From contig CAWEZH010000003.1 of the NCBI GenBank assembly GCA_963813535.1, forward strand, positions 128,001 to 192,000: a stretch of 64,000 nucleotides of DNA, read 5' to 3'. This document shows, in pieces, positions 42,314 to 51,630 of this stretch. Under the pieces are notes generated by a model, which was given only the letters and a program-made list of their open reading frames with translations, ran no database searches and had not been told where the DNA came from. Origin of the DNA: an uncultured Chloroflexia bacterium. Its GTDB lineage: Bacteria > Chloroflexota > Limnocylindria > Limnocylindrales > CSP1-4. Positions within the stretch are counted from its first letter, which is position 1. Each line of letters starts with the position of its first letter. Made by a program: the position numbers and the translations under genes.

Positions 42314-42801
42314 GCCGCGGGCTCGGCAGCGCGGGCGGCGCCGACGTCGGAGCGACGATGGGCGACCTGGCCGGTGCGATCGACGACGCCGGTGGCGTCG
42401 ACGGGCTCGTGACGAAGCTGCGGCAGGGCGGTCTGGACCAGGAAGTCGATTCGTGGGTGTCGACCGGTCCGAACGCGTCCGTGGACCCGCAGCGCCTCGG
42501 CGACGCGCTCGGACCCGAGACGGTCCAGCGGCTGGCCAACGGTTCGGGCCTCGACATCCAGGCCCTGCTGCCCCTCCTTGCGGCGTTCCTGCCGCAGCTC
42601 ATCGACATGCTGACGCCGGACGGTCAGGCGCCGTCGGGCGGCCTGAACGACGCGTTGGGAAGCGGTGGTCTCGGCGACCTCGGCGGCCTGCTCGGGGGTC
42701 TGATGGGCGGTGCGACGACCGGCGGCGCCAGCGGCACGGGCAGTCTCGATGACCTGCTGGGTGGGCTCGGCGGCACGCTCGGCGGTGACAAGGGTCGCTG
42801 A
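42292..42801 (+). CDS. YidB/DUF937 family protein
   Basis: GGVDGLVTKLRQGGL...VDSWVSTGPN...LPQLIDMLTPDG. Confidence 0.85.
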   Translation: MDDLSNLSRGLGSAGGADVGATMGDLAGAIDDAGGVDGLVTKLRQGGLDQEVDSWVSTGPNASVDPQRLGDALGPETVQRLANGSGLDIQALLPLLAAFLPQLIDMLTPDGQAPSGGLNDALGSGGLGDLGGLLGGLMGGATTGGASGTGSLDDLLGGLGGTLGGDKGR

Positions 42802-42856
42802 CCGCCCCTGACGGATGTCCATGCCGGATCGCTGACCGACGTCAGCGGCGGTCGGC
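42796..42856 (+). terminator. GC-rich hairpin after the YidB-family gene
   Basis: GCTGACCGCCCCTGACG pairs with CGTCAGCGGCGGTCGGC. There is no U-tract. Confidence 0.35.
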
Positions 42857-42880
42857 TCCGCTCGGAGCGATGCTCCGGGC

Positions 42881-43372
42881 ATGGACACCACGAGCGCCGC
42901 TGCCCTCCGCGTCCACCGGTTCCTCGAGACGGAGCCGGTGATCTGGCTGTCGTCCATCCGTCCGGACGGGGCGCCCCACCTCGTTCCGACCTGGTTCATC
43001 TGGGACGGCGAGACCGTCGTCATCCGCTCGAAGCCGCACGCGCGCAAGGTCCGCAACCTCGCCCATGAGCCGCGGGCGATGCTGGCGCTCGGTGACGCCG
43101 ACGACGACTTCGACGTCGGGCTGCTGGAGGCACGCGCCGAGGTCATCGACGGCGACCGCCCGTTGCCGGAGGCGTTCGTGGCGAAATACCGCACGCGGAT
43201 GGCGGGCCTCGGTCTGACGCCGGCCGAATTCGCGGTGACCTATTCGGCGACGATCCGCCTCACGCCCGCGCGGGCGCTCGGCTGGCACGGGCGCTCGGCG
43301 CCGCGCTCCTGGTTCGACGCCGTGCGCCGCCTGGCCTTCGGCCGACCGGCACTCGCGCTCGGCGCAGCCTGA
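42881..43372 (+). CDS. Pyridoxamine 5'-phosphate oxidase-like (PPOX/F420-dependent) protein
   Basis: WLSSIRPDGAPHLVPTWF and KVRNLAHEPR. Confidence 0.88.
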   Translation: MDTTSAAALRVHRFLETEPVIWLSSIRPDGAPHLVPTWFIWDGETVVIRSKPHARKVRNLAHEPRAMLALGDADDDFDVGLLEARAEVIDGDRPLPEAFVAKYRTRMAGLGLTPAEFAVTYSATIRLTPARALGWHGRSAPRSWFDAVRRLAFGRPALALGAA

Positions 43373-43495
43373 CGTTCGGTAGGTCGGGGCACTCGACGCG
43401 GCTCCAGACGGCAGGGGTCCATACTCCCGCCGATCGTCGGCTCTGACGGACGCCGCACGGCGCCTGTCATCCAGCGGACACATCGTTCCCCGGGC

Positions 43496-43520
43496 GCAAC
43501 ATCGGGCGCGTCCAGGCGTT
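43496..43520 (+). promoter_or_regulatory. Candidate ECF-type autoregulatory promoter
   Basis: GCAAC-N16-CGTT, matching the AAC/CGT pattern of many ECF promoters. Confidence 0.45.
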
Positions 43521-43597
43521 CTCGCCTATCGCACGACGCCAAGCTCCTGCGACGCCCAAGGTCGCGGGACGGCGTTTCCAGCGAAAGATCTGGCGCG

Positions 43598-44260
43598 ATG
43601 GAACGTACCAGCGACGAGTCACCCGAAAGCGGCCCGGCCCCAGAGGCGGGCGGACCGCAACATCCCGACGGGCTCGACGTCTCAGCCGGCGTGAACGATG
43701 CGACGACGATGGTCGTGCACGACGGGGATGTGCTGACGACGCGACAGCCCATCGTCGATACGGGCGGCGTGGTCGCTGCGATCTACGACCGCCATCAGGC
43801 CGAACTCTTCTCGTTCGCGCTGCGGAGCTGCCGCGACCGGGAAGCCGCCGAAGATCTCCTGCACGAAGCCTTCGTCCGCCTCATCACCGAGGTCGAGGCG
43901 GGTCGGATGCCGGAGAACGTCCGTGCCTGGCTGTACCGGGTCACCGCCAATCTCGTCGCATCGCGGGGGCGACGCGCGACCGTCGCTAAGCGTTGGCTTG
44001 CCACTGTCGGATCGCCCGAGACCACTGTGCGCGGACCCGAGCCGAGCTTCCTGGATCAGGAACGCCGGGATGATCTCGATGACGCACTCGGTGAGCTTGG
44101 CGCGGACGCGCGGGCCGCCCTCCTCATGGCGGCCGACGGGTTCCGCGGCGATGAGATCGCGACCGCGATCGGCCGCAGCGCCCTCGCGACTCGCTCGTTG
44201 ATGTGCCGGGCGCGCCTCCAGCTCCGGGAGCGCCTCGGGAGCCGGGAGTCATGGGCATGA
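43598..44260 (+). CDS. ECF RNA polymerase sigma factor
   Basis: AAEDLLHEAFVRL, RAWLYRVTANL and EIATAIGRS..ATRSLMCRAR. The start could be a downstream GTG or ATG. Confidence 0.9.
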   Translation: MERTSDESPESGPAPEAGGPQHPDGLDVSAGVNDATTMVVHDGDVLTTRQPIVDTGGVVAAIYDRHQAELFSFALRSCRDREAAEDLLHEAFVRLITEVEAGRMPENVRAWLYRVTANLVASRGRRATVAKRWLATVGSPETTVRGPEPSFLDQERRDDLDDALGELGADARAALLMAADGFRGDEIATAIGRSALATRSLMCRARLQLRERLGSRESWA

Positions 44261-47200
44261 TCGACCACGCACGCGCGCAGGAGCTCGCCGCGATCGCGCT
44301 CGATTTCGAGCTCGCGCCCGACGATCGCGCCGCGCTGGATCGTCACCTCGCCGATTGCGAGGCGTGTCGAGCGGTGGCGGCGGATCTGGATGCGATCCAA
44401 CACGCGATGGCGGAATTTCCGTCGGAGGACGCGCCCGACCGACTGCGACGGCGGATCCTCGACCCGGCCGGCGAGCGGGCCCGCGGGAACCAGGCGTCCC
44501 GGTGGAACCTCACACGGATCCCCCGCCTGCAGGCGTTCGGCATCGCTGCCGCTGCCGCCGTCGTGGCGATCGCCGTCGTCGCGTCACTGCTCCCATGGCA
44601 GGGACGGCCCACGCCAAGCGTGGCGATCGTCGGCCCGACCTCGACGCCCTCAGGCGAGAGCCCGACGCCCGGTACGACGGCCGCGCCGTCCGCCACCGAA
44701 CGACCACCGATCCTTGCCTACACCCCTCGGGCCGAGCTGACGCCTGCCTCCGGGGCCGGTCCCGTGGTGGCTCCCGATGCCGAGTTCCGACTCGTCAGCG
44801 TCGACGGCTCGCCGGCGGTCGACCTTGCCGCTCGGCTCACCGTCGAGCCGGCCCTCGACCTTGCCGTCGAACCCGAGCCGGACGGGACGGCTGCTCGGAT
44901 CCGACCGACGAAGCCCATGCAGCCGGGCACGGTGTACCGGTTCACGCTGGCCGGGGCCGACGGCCGTCCGGAGGACAGCTGGGCCTTCCAGACCGAGCAG
45001 GCCGTCCGGGTCGTCGCTACGACCCCTGCTGATACCGAGACCGACGTGCCTGTTGACACCGGGATCGAGATCACGTTCGACCAGGACGGTGTCGTCGACC
45101 CCGCGTCGCACGTGACGATCCAACCCCGGACACCCGGGCGGTTCGAGTGGCGCGATCGCACGCTGGCCTTCGTCCCGCAGCGCCTGAAGCCCGCCACGGT
45201 CTACACGGTCACGGTGACGCGCGGTGTGCAGGTCGAGGGCACGGATGAGGTCCTCGCAGAGGACTTCCGCTTCCGATTCGAGACTGCCGCGAAGCCCGGC
45301 CGGGCGACGACGTCGTTCGGGTTCCCCGATGACGTGCTCGAAGTGCCGACAGCCGGCCGCGCGACGCTGCCGCTATGGGCCTTCCGCGATGACGACACCG
45401 TCCCGAGCGCGGCCGCCATGGAGGTCTACCGGTTCCCGGATCGCGCTGCCGCGATCGATGGATTCCGACAGTTGCGCCGGTCGTCGCGATGGGCGCGCTG
45501 GTCGGTCGCGGACGCGGTCCCGACCGCGGGCCTGCGACGCGTCATGAGCTTCCGCGCCGCGCTGCAACGCGGGGCCGAATCGCTGTGGTTCCGATTGCCG
45601 GACACCCTCTCGGCCGGCTGGTACCTCGTCCAACAGCCATCCAAGACCCGTCCCACGCAGGTCATCCTCCAGGTCACGGACGTCGCCGGCTACCTGAGCC
45701 TGTCAGACAGCCGCATGCTGGTCTGGGCGAACGACCTCGCCGACGGCCGGCCGCTGTCCGGCGCTACGGTGACCACCGAGGGTGCCGACCTGGGGCGCAC
45801 CGGTGCGGACGGCCTGCTCCTCGTCGACACGCCAGCGCCGCTGCGCGCCGACGGGCAGACCGGCTGCGCCAACGGACCGTGCGATCGAGTCGTCATCGTC
45901 CGCACGCCGAACGGCCGATCGATGTTCATGCCGGCCGACAGCCCGTTCGGCGTGGGCGGCGGCGGATCTGGGTTGCCCCAGAACGCCCAGAGCCATTGGC
46001 TCGTCTACCACACGGACCGGCTCGTCTATCGACGAACCGACACGATCAACGTGTGGGGCATGGTCCGCGACCGCGCCAGCGGCGCGGTCCCCGAGACCGT
46101 CGATGTGGCGTTGACGGCGGGCTTCAGCGATCCGACGCCCCCGCCGATCGCCTCCATGCGTCTCCAACCCTCGCCGTCCGGAGCCTTCACCGGCTCGTTG
46201 CCGATCGCGAACCTGCCCGAAGGCTCCTACGACATCATCCTCCGGGCCGGTGCGGACGAGATCGGTTCGACCAGCGTGCAGGTCGCCCGCATCCTCAAGC
46301 CCGCTTACAAGCTCGACGTGGAGACCGGCCGTCGCGTCTACATCGAGGGCGACCGTATCCGTGTCACCTCGCACGCCACCTTCTACGAGGGGTCACCGGT
46401 ACCCGGTGTCCCGCTGCGCATCGATGGCCGCGTCCAGCGAAACGTGACGACGGATCGGACCGGCACGGCGACCTTCGGAACTGTCGCCCGGGCCGACCCG
46501 GACATCGACGGATCGAGTTGGGACTATCAGACTGTCGGGGTCAGCCCCGCGCGGGCGGAGGAAGGCGACATCGCCGGGTCGACCCAGGCTTTCCTCGTCT
46601 TCCCCAGCAGCCGCACGATCCGCGGCGAGGCGACCATCGGATCGGGCCGCGTGCGGACAACGGGCACGGTGCACGTCGTCGATCGCGACCGCCTCGAAGG
46701 GGAGATCGCGGCAGGCCGATCGCCGTGGGACCTCGATCCGCGGGGCAAACCGGTGGCCGGCGCGACCGTCACGATCAGTTTCATCGAAGAGATCCCGTCG
46801 CGGGTGGAGGTCGGGACCGAGTACGACTGGATCGAGAAGAAGGTCGTGCCGATCTACCAGTATGAGATCGAGACCAACTTGGTCAGGTCGGTCAAGGTCC
46901 GGACCTCCGCGAACGGATCGTTCTCGGCGTCGATCGCCGATCCAGGCAAGAGACACGACTTCCAGGTGCGGATGACCGTGGGCGATCCGGACGGCCATCC
47001 CGCAGGCATGGTCGCCTACGCGAGTGCGGGCCGGGCATCGACGGAAACCGTCGACTATGCCTCGCTGGCTCCCACGTCCTCGTCCGTCGCCCGTCCGAAC
47101 GGCTACGCCATCGGCGATCGCATCGATCTCACCGTCACCGACAACCGACGCACCCGAGGCGGTCGGTACCTGTTCGAATTCGCCCAGCGCGGGCTGCGCG

Positions 47201-49509
47201 AGGCGACCGTCCAGAGCTCGCCCCGCCTCGTGACGACGTTCGAGCGTTGGGCGGTGCCGAACGCCGTCATCGCCGCGGTCCATTTCACGGGGACGCGCTA
47301 CGTCCAGTCCGACGAGTACTACGCGTCGTTCCGCGCGAGCGACCGGGAAGTCGACGTCGCCTTGACGCCCGATCGCGCGCGGTACGCACCGGGCGATCCC
47401 GTCACGCTCGACGTCAGGACGCGCGATCGTGGTGGCGCGCCCTTGGCGGCGTCGGTCGTCCTCCAGGCCATCGATGCGAAGCTGTTCGACATCGGGGCGG
47501 CCGCGGACACCGATCCGCTGACTGAGCTCTACAGCTCCATCGCAAGCGGCGTTCGCACCCGTTTCGCGTCACATCGCCAGCGGCAACGACCGGGTGAGGG
47601 CGGGGACACGGGCGGTGGGGGCGCTGACCGGATCGACTTCCGGGACGCCCTTCTCTTCGAGCTCGTCGAGACCGGCGCCGACGGTCGCGCCCGGGCCACG
47701 TTCCGGCTGTCCGACGACCTGACCTCGTGGCGGGTGAGCGGCGCGGCCATCACCGACGATCTCGGGGCCGGCATCGGGTCCATCGAGATCCCGGTCGGCC
47801 TGCCCTTCTTCGTGGATGCGTCGATCGCGCCGGAGTACCTGGCCGGCGACCGACCGTCGATCCAGGTCCGCGCCTATGGCCAGGGGCTCGCGCCCGGTGC
47901 CGACGTGCGCATGACCGTCGCCTCCGACAGCCTCGGCCTGGTCGCTCAGACCATCCGGGCGAAAGCATTCGAGACGGTGACCGTCCCGATGCCGAAACTC
48001 AGCCCCGGCCGGCACAGCGTCACGATCACGGCCCGCTCCGGCAGCGGGACAGCCGTCATGCTCGACAAGCTCACCCGCACGTTCGACGTCATCGCGTCGC
48101 GGCTGGAGCGCACCAGGACGACGTATACCGATGGGATCGGTGCCCGCCCGATCGCCGGCGGGGCGGGTCTGACGAACCTCGTCATCTCGGATAGCAGCGC
48201 CGGACGCTATCTGCCGTTGCTCCTCGACGTCGCCGGTAACGAGGGCGCACGTCTCGAGCGCTCTCTTGGGGCGGCGATGGCATCGTCGTTGCTGGCTCGT
48301 CGGTATGGCGCAGCCGAAGGCGCCTGGCGACCCAGCGATCTCGACGGCGACCTGTACCAGGCTGCTGATGGCGGCATCGCTCCCCTGCCCTACGCGAGCA
48401 GCGACCTGGCACTCACGTCGCTCGTTGCGATCGTCTCCCCGGACGACTTCCGGGCCGCGGACCTTCGCTCGTACCTCGGCGACGTCAAGGACGACCCGAA
48501 GTCAACGCGCGAGCGACGGATGTATGCCCTCGCCGGTCTCGCCGGCGTGGGGACGCCCGTGCTCCCGCAGATCCGGGCGGCGGCGGCGGACCGAGGGCTC
48601 ACCGTCCGCGAGCGGCTGATGATCGGGCTGGGCGCCGCTGCCATCGGCGATGCCGCGACCGCCCGAACGATCGCCAGTGAGCTGTGGACGGCGGCTGGTG
48701 AACAGCTGGCCGCCCAGGCGCACCTTCGTGTCGGTGAGACCGTCGCCGATAGCACGGATGCGACCGCACGTATGGCTCTCCTGACCGCGGCGATCGGCGA
48801 TGGTCACGCGCCGGCACTGTGGGCATATGTCGAGGCGAACCCGAGCACGGAGGTGCCCTACGACCTGTTTGCGGTCTCCTTCGTGGAGCGGCTGATCGAC
48901 CGCCTACCCGTGGAGCCGGCCACCTTCGCCTACGTGATCGACGGCAAACGCACGGTGGTCGAGCTCGGCATGGGCGAGTCATTCCAGTTGACACTGACGG
49001 CGCCCCAGCGAGCGAACCTCCAGCTCGAGAGCATCGAGGGCTCCCTCGGGATGACGACGACCTGGGCGGAACCGGTCGCGGCATCGTCATTCGAACGCGA
49101 TCCGGACGTCACGATCCGCCGCTCGCGGACGCCCGCGACAGTGATCGGCACGGCAGATCTGGTCCGTGTCGACCTCACGGTCCGTTTCGGCCCGAAGGCC
49201 CCGGCGGGCTGCCATCTGGTCGCCGAGCAGGTCCCGTCCGGGCTGATCCCGCTCAACCCGATGTCGACCTCGCCGGACGGCGACGAGGCTTCGATCGCGG
49301 ATCCGCGGTTCGCGCAGCCGTTCGCCGTGGATGGCCAGCGCGTGCTGTTCTGCGCCGAGCCGACCAAGAAGCAGCGAACCGTCCGCCTTCGCTACTACGC
49401 GCGCGTCATCACCCCCGGGACATACGTGTGGGAGCCAGCGGTCGTCGAGTCCCGAACGAGGGCGGATCGAGCCGCGCTGACGGCCAGGGCCACAGTCAGG
49501 ATCCGCTGA
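44257..49509 (+). CDS. Zinc-finger anti-sigma (zf-HC2) + TM + Ig-like + alpha-2-macroglobulin fusion protein
   Basis: ATGA overlap with the sigma gene. It has HLADCEACR, a TM helix and Big_5-like repeats. MG-domain signatures are HTDRLVYRRTDTI, TPDRARYAPGDPVTL, DFRD...TGADGRA..TFRLSDDLTSWRV and YYARVITPGTY. Confidence 0.88.
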   Translation: MIDHARAQELAAIALDFELAPDDRAALDRHLADCEACRAVAADLDAIQHAMAEFPSEDAPDRLRRRILDPAGERARGNQASRWNLTRIPRLQAFGIAAAAAVVAIAVVASLLPWQGRPTPSVAIVGPTSTPSGESPTPGTTAAPSATERPPILAYTPRAELTPASGAGPVVAPDAEFRLVSVDGSPAVDLAARLTVEPALDLAVEPEPDGTAARIRPTKPMQPGTVYRFTLAGADGRPEDSWAFQTEQAVRVVATTPADTETDVPVDTGIEITFDQDGVVDPASHVTIQPRTPGRFEWRDRTLAFVPQRLKPATVYTVTVTRGVQVEGTDEVLAEDFRFRFETAAKPGRATTSFGFPDDVLEVPTAGRATLPLWAFRDDDTVPSAAAMEVYRFPDRAAAIDGFRQLRRSSRWARWSVADAVPTAGLRRVMSFRAALQRGAESLWFRLPDTLSAGWYLVQQPSKTRPTQVILQVTDVAGYLSLSDSRMLVWANDLADGRPLSGATVTTEGADLGRTGADGLLLVDTPAPLRADGQTGCANGPCDRVVIVRTPNGRSMFMPADSPFGVGGGGSGLPQNAQSHWLVYHTDRLVYRRTDTINVWGMVRDRASGAVPETVDVALTAGFSDPTPPPIASMRLQPSPSGAFTGSLPIANLPEGSYDIILRAGADEIGSTSVQVARILKPAYKLDVETGRRVYIEGDRIRVTSHATFYEGSPVPGVPLRIDGRVQRNVTTDRTGTATFGTVARADPDIDGSSWDYQTVGVSPARAEEGDIAGSTQAFLVFPSSRTIRGEATIGSGRVRTTGTVHVVDRDRLEGEIAAGRSPWDLDPRGKPVAGATVTISFIEEIPSRVEVGTEYDWIEKKVVPIYQYEIETNLVRSVKVRTSANGSFSASIADPGKRHDFQVRMTVGDPDGHPAGMVAYASAGRASTETVDYASLAPTSSSVARPNGYAIGDRIDLTVTDNRRTRGGRYLFEFAQRGLREATVQSSPRLVTTFERWAVPNAVIAAVHFTGTRYVQSDEYYASFRASDREVDVALTPDRARYAPGDPVTLDVRTRDRGGAPLAASVVLQAIDAKLFDIGAAADTDPLTELYSSIASGVRTRFASHRQRQRPGEGGDTGGGGADRIDFRDALLFELVETGADGRARATFRLSDDLTSWRVSGAAITDDLGAGIGSIEIPVGLPFFVDASIAPEYLAGDRPSIQVRAYGQGLAPGADVRMTVASDSLGLVAQTIRAKAFETVTVPMPKLSPGRHSVTITARSGSGTAVMLDKLTRTFDVIASRLERTRTTYTDGIGARPIAGGAGLTNLVISDSSAGRYLPLLLDVAGNEGARLERSLGAAMASSLLARRYGAAEGAWRPSDLDGDLYQAADGGIAPLPYASSDLALTSLVAIVSPDDFRAADLRSYLGDVKDDPKSTRERRMYALAGLAGVGTPVLPQIRAAAADRGLTVRERLMIGLGAAAIGDAATARTIASELWTAAGEQLAAQAHLRVGETVADSTDATARMALLTAAIGDGHAPALWAYVEANPSTEVPYDLFAVSFVERLIDRLPVEPATFAYVIDGKRTVVELGMGESFQLTLTAPQRANLQLESIEGSLGMTTTWAEPVAASSFERDPDVTIRRSRTPATVIGTADLVRVDLTVRFGPKAPAGCHLVAEQVPSGLIPLNPMSTSPDGDEASIADPRFAQPFAVDGQRVLFCAEPTKKQRTVRLRYYARVITPGTYVWEPAVVESRTRADRAALTARATVRIR

Positions 49510-49516
49510 CCGGACG

Positions 49517-50641
49517 TCAGCGCAAGGTCCGGCTGGCGTGAGCCTCCAGGCGGTCGAGCGCGACCGGCAGATCGGTCCGCCCGAAGCCGAGGCGGAAATG
49601 GTTGCCGCCGTAGCCGAATTGCGAACCGGGGAGCAACAGGACGCCTTCCGCCTCGACCAGGCTCGTCGCCCAGTCGTCGATGGACACGCCGGGCACGGTG
49701 AGCCGCGGAAAACCGACGGATCCCGCCCGCGGCCGGACCCACGCCAGCCGATCGGCCCATTCGTCGAAGAACCCGTCGAGGATCCGCAGATTCTCGGCGA
49801 CGATCTCGCGCGACCTCGCCAGCACGACGTCGCGGGCGCGCAAGCCGATCAGCGCAAGGACCTCGGAGGGTGCCGACGAACAGATCGTGGTGTAGTCCTT
49901 GAACGAGGCACACTTCGCGAGGAGCTCGCGATCGCGTGTCGCGAGCCAGCCGATGCGCAGACCGGCCATGGCGAACGATTTCGACATGACCCCGAGCGAG
50001 ATGCCCCGGTCCGACGCCTCCGCGCCCGCCGGCAGGCGATCCGCATCGGCGAGCTCGAGGTAGCGGTAGACCTCGTCGACCAGGAGATGCGCGCCGGCGC
50101 CGTCGGCGATCTCGACGAGCGCGTCGAACGTCCCGCGGTCGGGCAGCATCCCGGTCGGATTGTGCGGCGCGTTCACGACGATGAGCCGTGTCTCGGGGGT
50201 GACTTGGCGGCCCAGCAGCTCGACGTCGATCGCCCACGAGGCGTCCTCGCGGAGCTCGTGGAGGGTCACCTCGGCGCCCGTCGCGCGGGCAACCTCGTAC
50301 AGGCTCTGATAGCCCGGCCACGTCACGACGGCGTGGTCACCCGGTCCGAACATGACGTTGGCGAGGCAGAAGATCGCCTCCTCGGCACCGGCGAAGACCA
50401 GGACATCGTCGGCCTCGAGGCCCTCGTATAGGGCCGCGATCTCCGCGCGCAGGAGCGGATGACCCGTCGACTCCGTGTAGCCGAGGGTGAGCCCGTCCCA
50501 CATCGACCGCGTCTCCTCGTCGGCCAGGTCGAGCAGGTCGGCCATCGCGTAGCCCTGGACATCCGACGCGCACAGCAGGTGGTCGACGGCGAACTCCCAG
50601 CGGGCGAAATAGCGCTCGAGCGCGAAGTCGGCGATGCGCAT
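49517..50641 (-). CDS. PLP-dependent aminotransferase class I/II (VioD-like)
   Basis: FALERYF, LGYTESTG, NAPHNPTG, DEVY and SKSFAMAGLRIGW. Confidence 0.9.
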   Translation of the reverse strand: MRIADFALERYFARWEFAVDHLLCASDVQGYAMADLLDLADEETRSMWDGLTLGYTESTGHPLLRAEIAALYEGLEADDVLVFAGAEEAIFCLANVMFGPGDHAVVTWPGYQSLYEVARATGAEVTLHELREDASWAIDVELLGRQVTPETRLIVVNAPHNPTGMLPDRGTFDALVEIADGAGAHLLVDEVYRYLELADADRLPAGAEASDRGISLGVMSKSFAMAGLRIGWLATRDRELLAKCASFKDYTTICSSAPSEVLALIGLRARDVVLARSREIVAENLRILDGFFDEWADRLAWVRPRAGSVGFPRLTVPGVSIDDWATSLVEAEGVLLLPGSQFGYGGNHFRLGFGRTDLPVALDRLEAHASRTLR

Positions 50642-50694
50642 GACCTGCATCATCGCCGACGGCGGGTCTCCCGCGCGTGGGTATGCTGGACATC

Positions 50695-51618
50695 GTGACC
50701 GAGCGGACCATCGTGATCGTCGGCTCCCCGACTGCCCTCGGCGGACACTTCGCGGGGATGGAGCGCAGTCCAGCGCTGCTGCGCGACGTCGGCGTGCGCG
50801 ACCGCCTCGCCGCCCGTCCCGGCCTGACCGGGACGACCTGGCTCGATCATGGCGATGCCGCCAACGATCCGGGCTGGGTCGCGGATCCCGACCGGCGTGC
50901 GAAGAACCGTGACCTGATCGCCGCCTATCTCGGTCGGCTCGCGAGCCACGTGCAGACGGGTCTCGTACAGGGCGACGGCGGCGCGATGCTGCTCACGCTG
51001 GGCGGCGACTGCACCACTCACGCCGGAGCGATGGCCGGCATCCGCCGCGCTCGACCCGGGATCCGGCTCGGGCTCGCGTGGTTCGACGCGCATGGCGACT
51101 TCAACACACCGGACACGACACCGTCGGGGAACGTCTGGGGCATGCCGTTCGCGCTCGCCTGCGGGCGTGGTGACGAGAAGCTCGTCGCCGCTGCGGAGGG
51201 TCCGAGCGTCCGCGAGATCGATGCCGGTCTGTTCGGCGGTCAGGTGCTCGACGAGACGGAGTCGCGCATGATCGCCGCCAGCGGCGTGGCGCAATTCGGC
51301 TCGGGGATGCTGGCGGACCCGGCCGGTCAGGCGGCCGTCGCGGCCTGGAGCGGGTCCGTCTCGGCCCGCGTCGATGCCTGGTACATCGCGTTCGACCTGG
51401 ACGCGCTCGACGCGTCGGGACGATGGGCGATCGCCACTCCGGAGCCGGACGGTCTGTCGCTCGAGACCGCGGTCGCGACCGTCCGGGCGATCGCCACGAG
51501 CGGTGCGCCGGTCATCGGCTTCGGCGCGACGGCGGTGATGGAGCGCGACGGTGCCGACCTGCACGGAACGGTCGATGCCATCGCGGCGCTGACAGAAGCG
51601 GCCCTCGCCGAGCCATAG
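50695..51618 (+). CDS. Arginase/ureohydrolase family protein (divergent)
   Basis: GGDC, WFDAHGDFNTP, SGN.WGMP and FDLDALD. GTG start 7 nt after TATGCT. Confidence 0.88.
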   Translation: MTERTIVIVGSPTALGGHFAGMERSPALLRDVGVRDRLAARPGLTGTTWLDHGDAANDPGWVADPDRRAKNRDLIAAYLGRLASHVQTGLVQGDGGAMLLTLGGDCTTHAGAMAGIRRARPGIRLGLAWFDAHGDFNTPDTTPSGNVWGMPFALACGRGDEKLVAAAEGPSVREIDAGLFGGQVLDETESRMIAASGVAQFGSGMLADPAGQAAVAAWSGSVSARVDAWYIAFDLDALDASGRWAIATPEPDGLSLETAVATVRAIATSGAPVIGFGATAVMERDGADLHGTVDAIAALTEAALAEP

Positions 51619-51630
51619 GCTCGTGTGGGC

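Noticed and set aside
49517-50641. CobD (threonine-phosphate decarboxylase) assignment because it is near the cob genes
   Set aside because: It is separated from the operon by two genes, and its N-terminus looks VioD/aspartate-aminotransferase-like.
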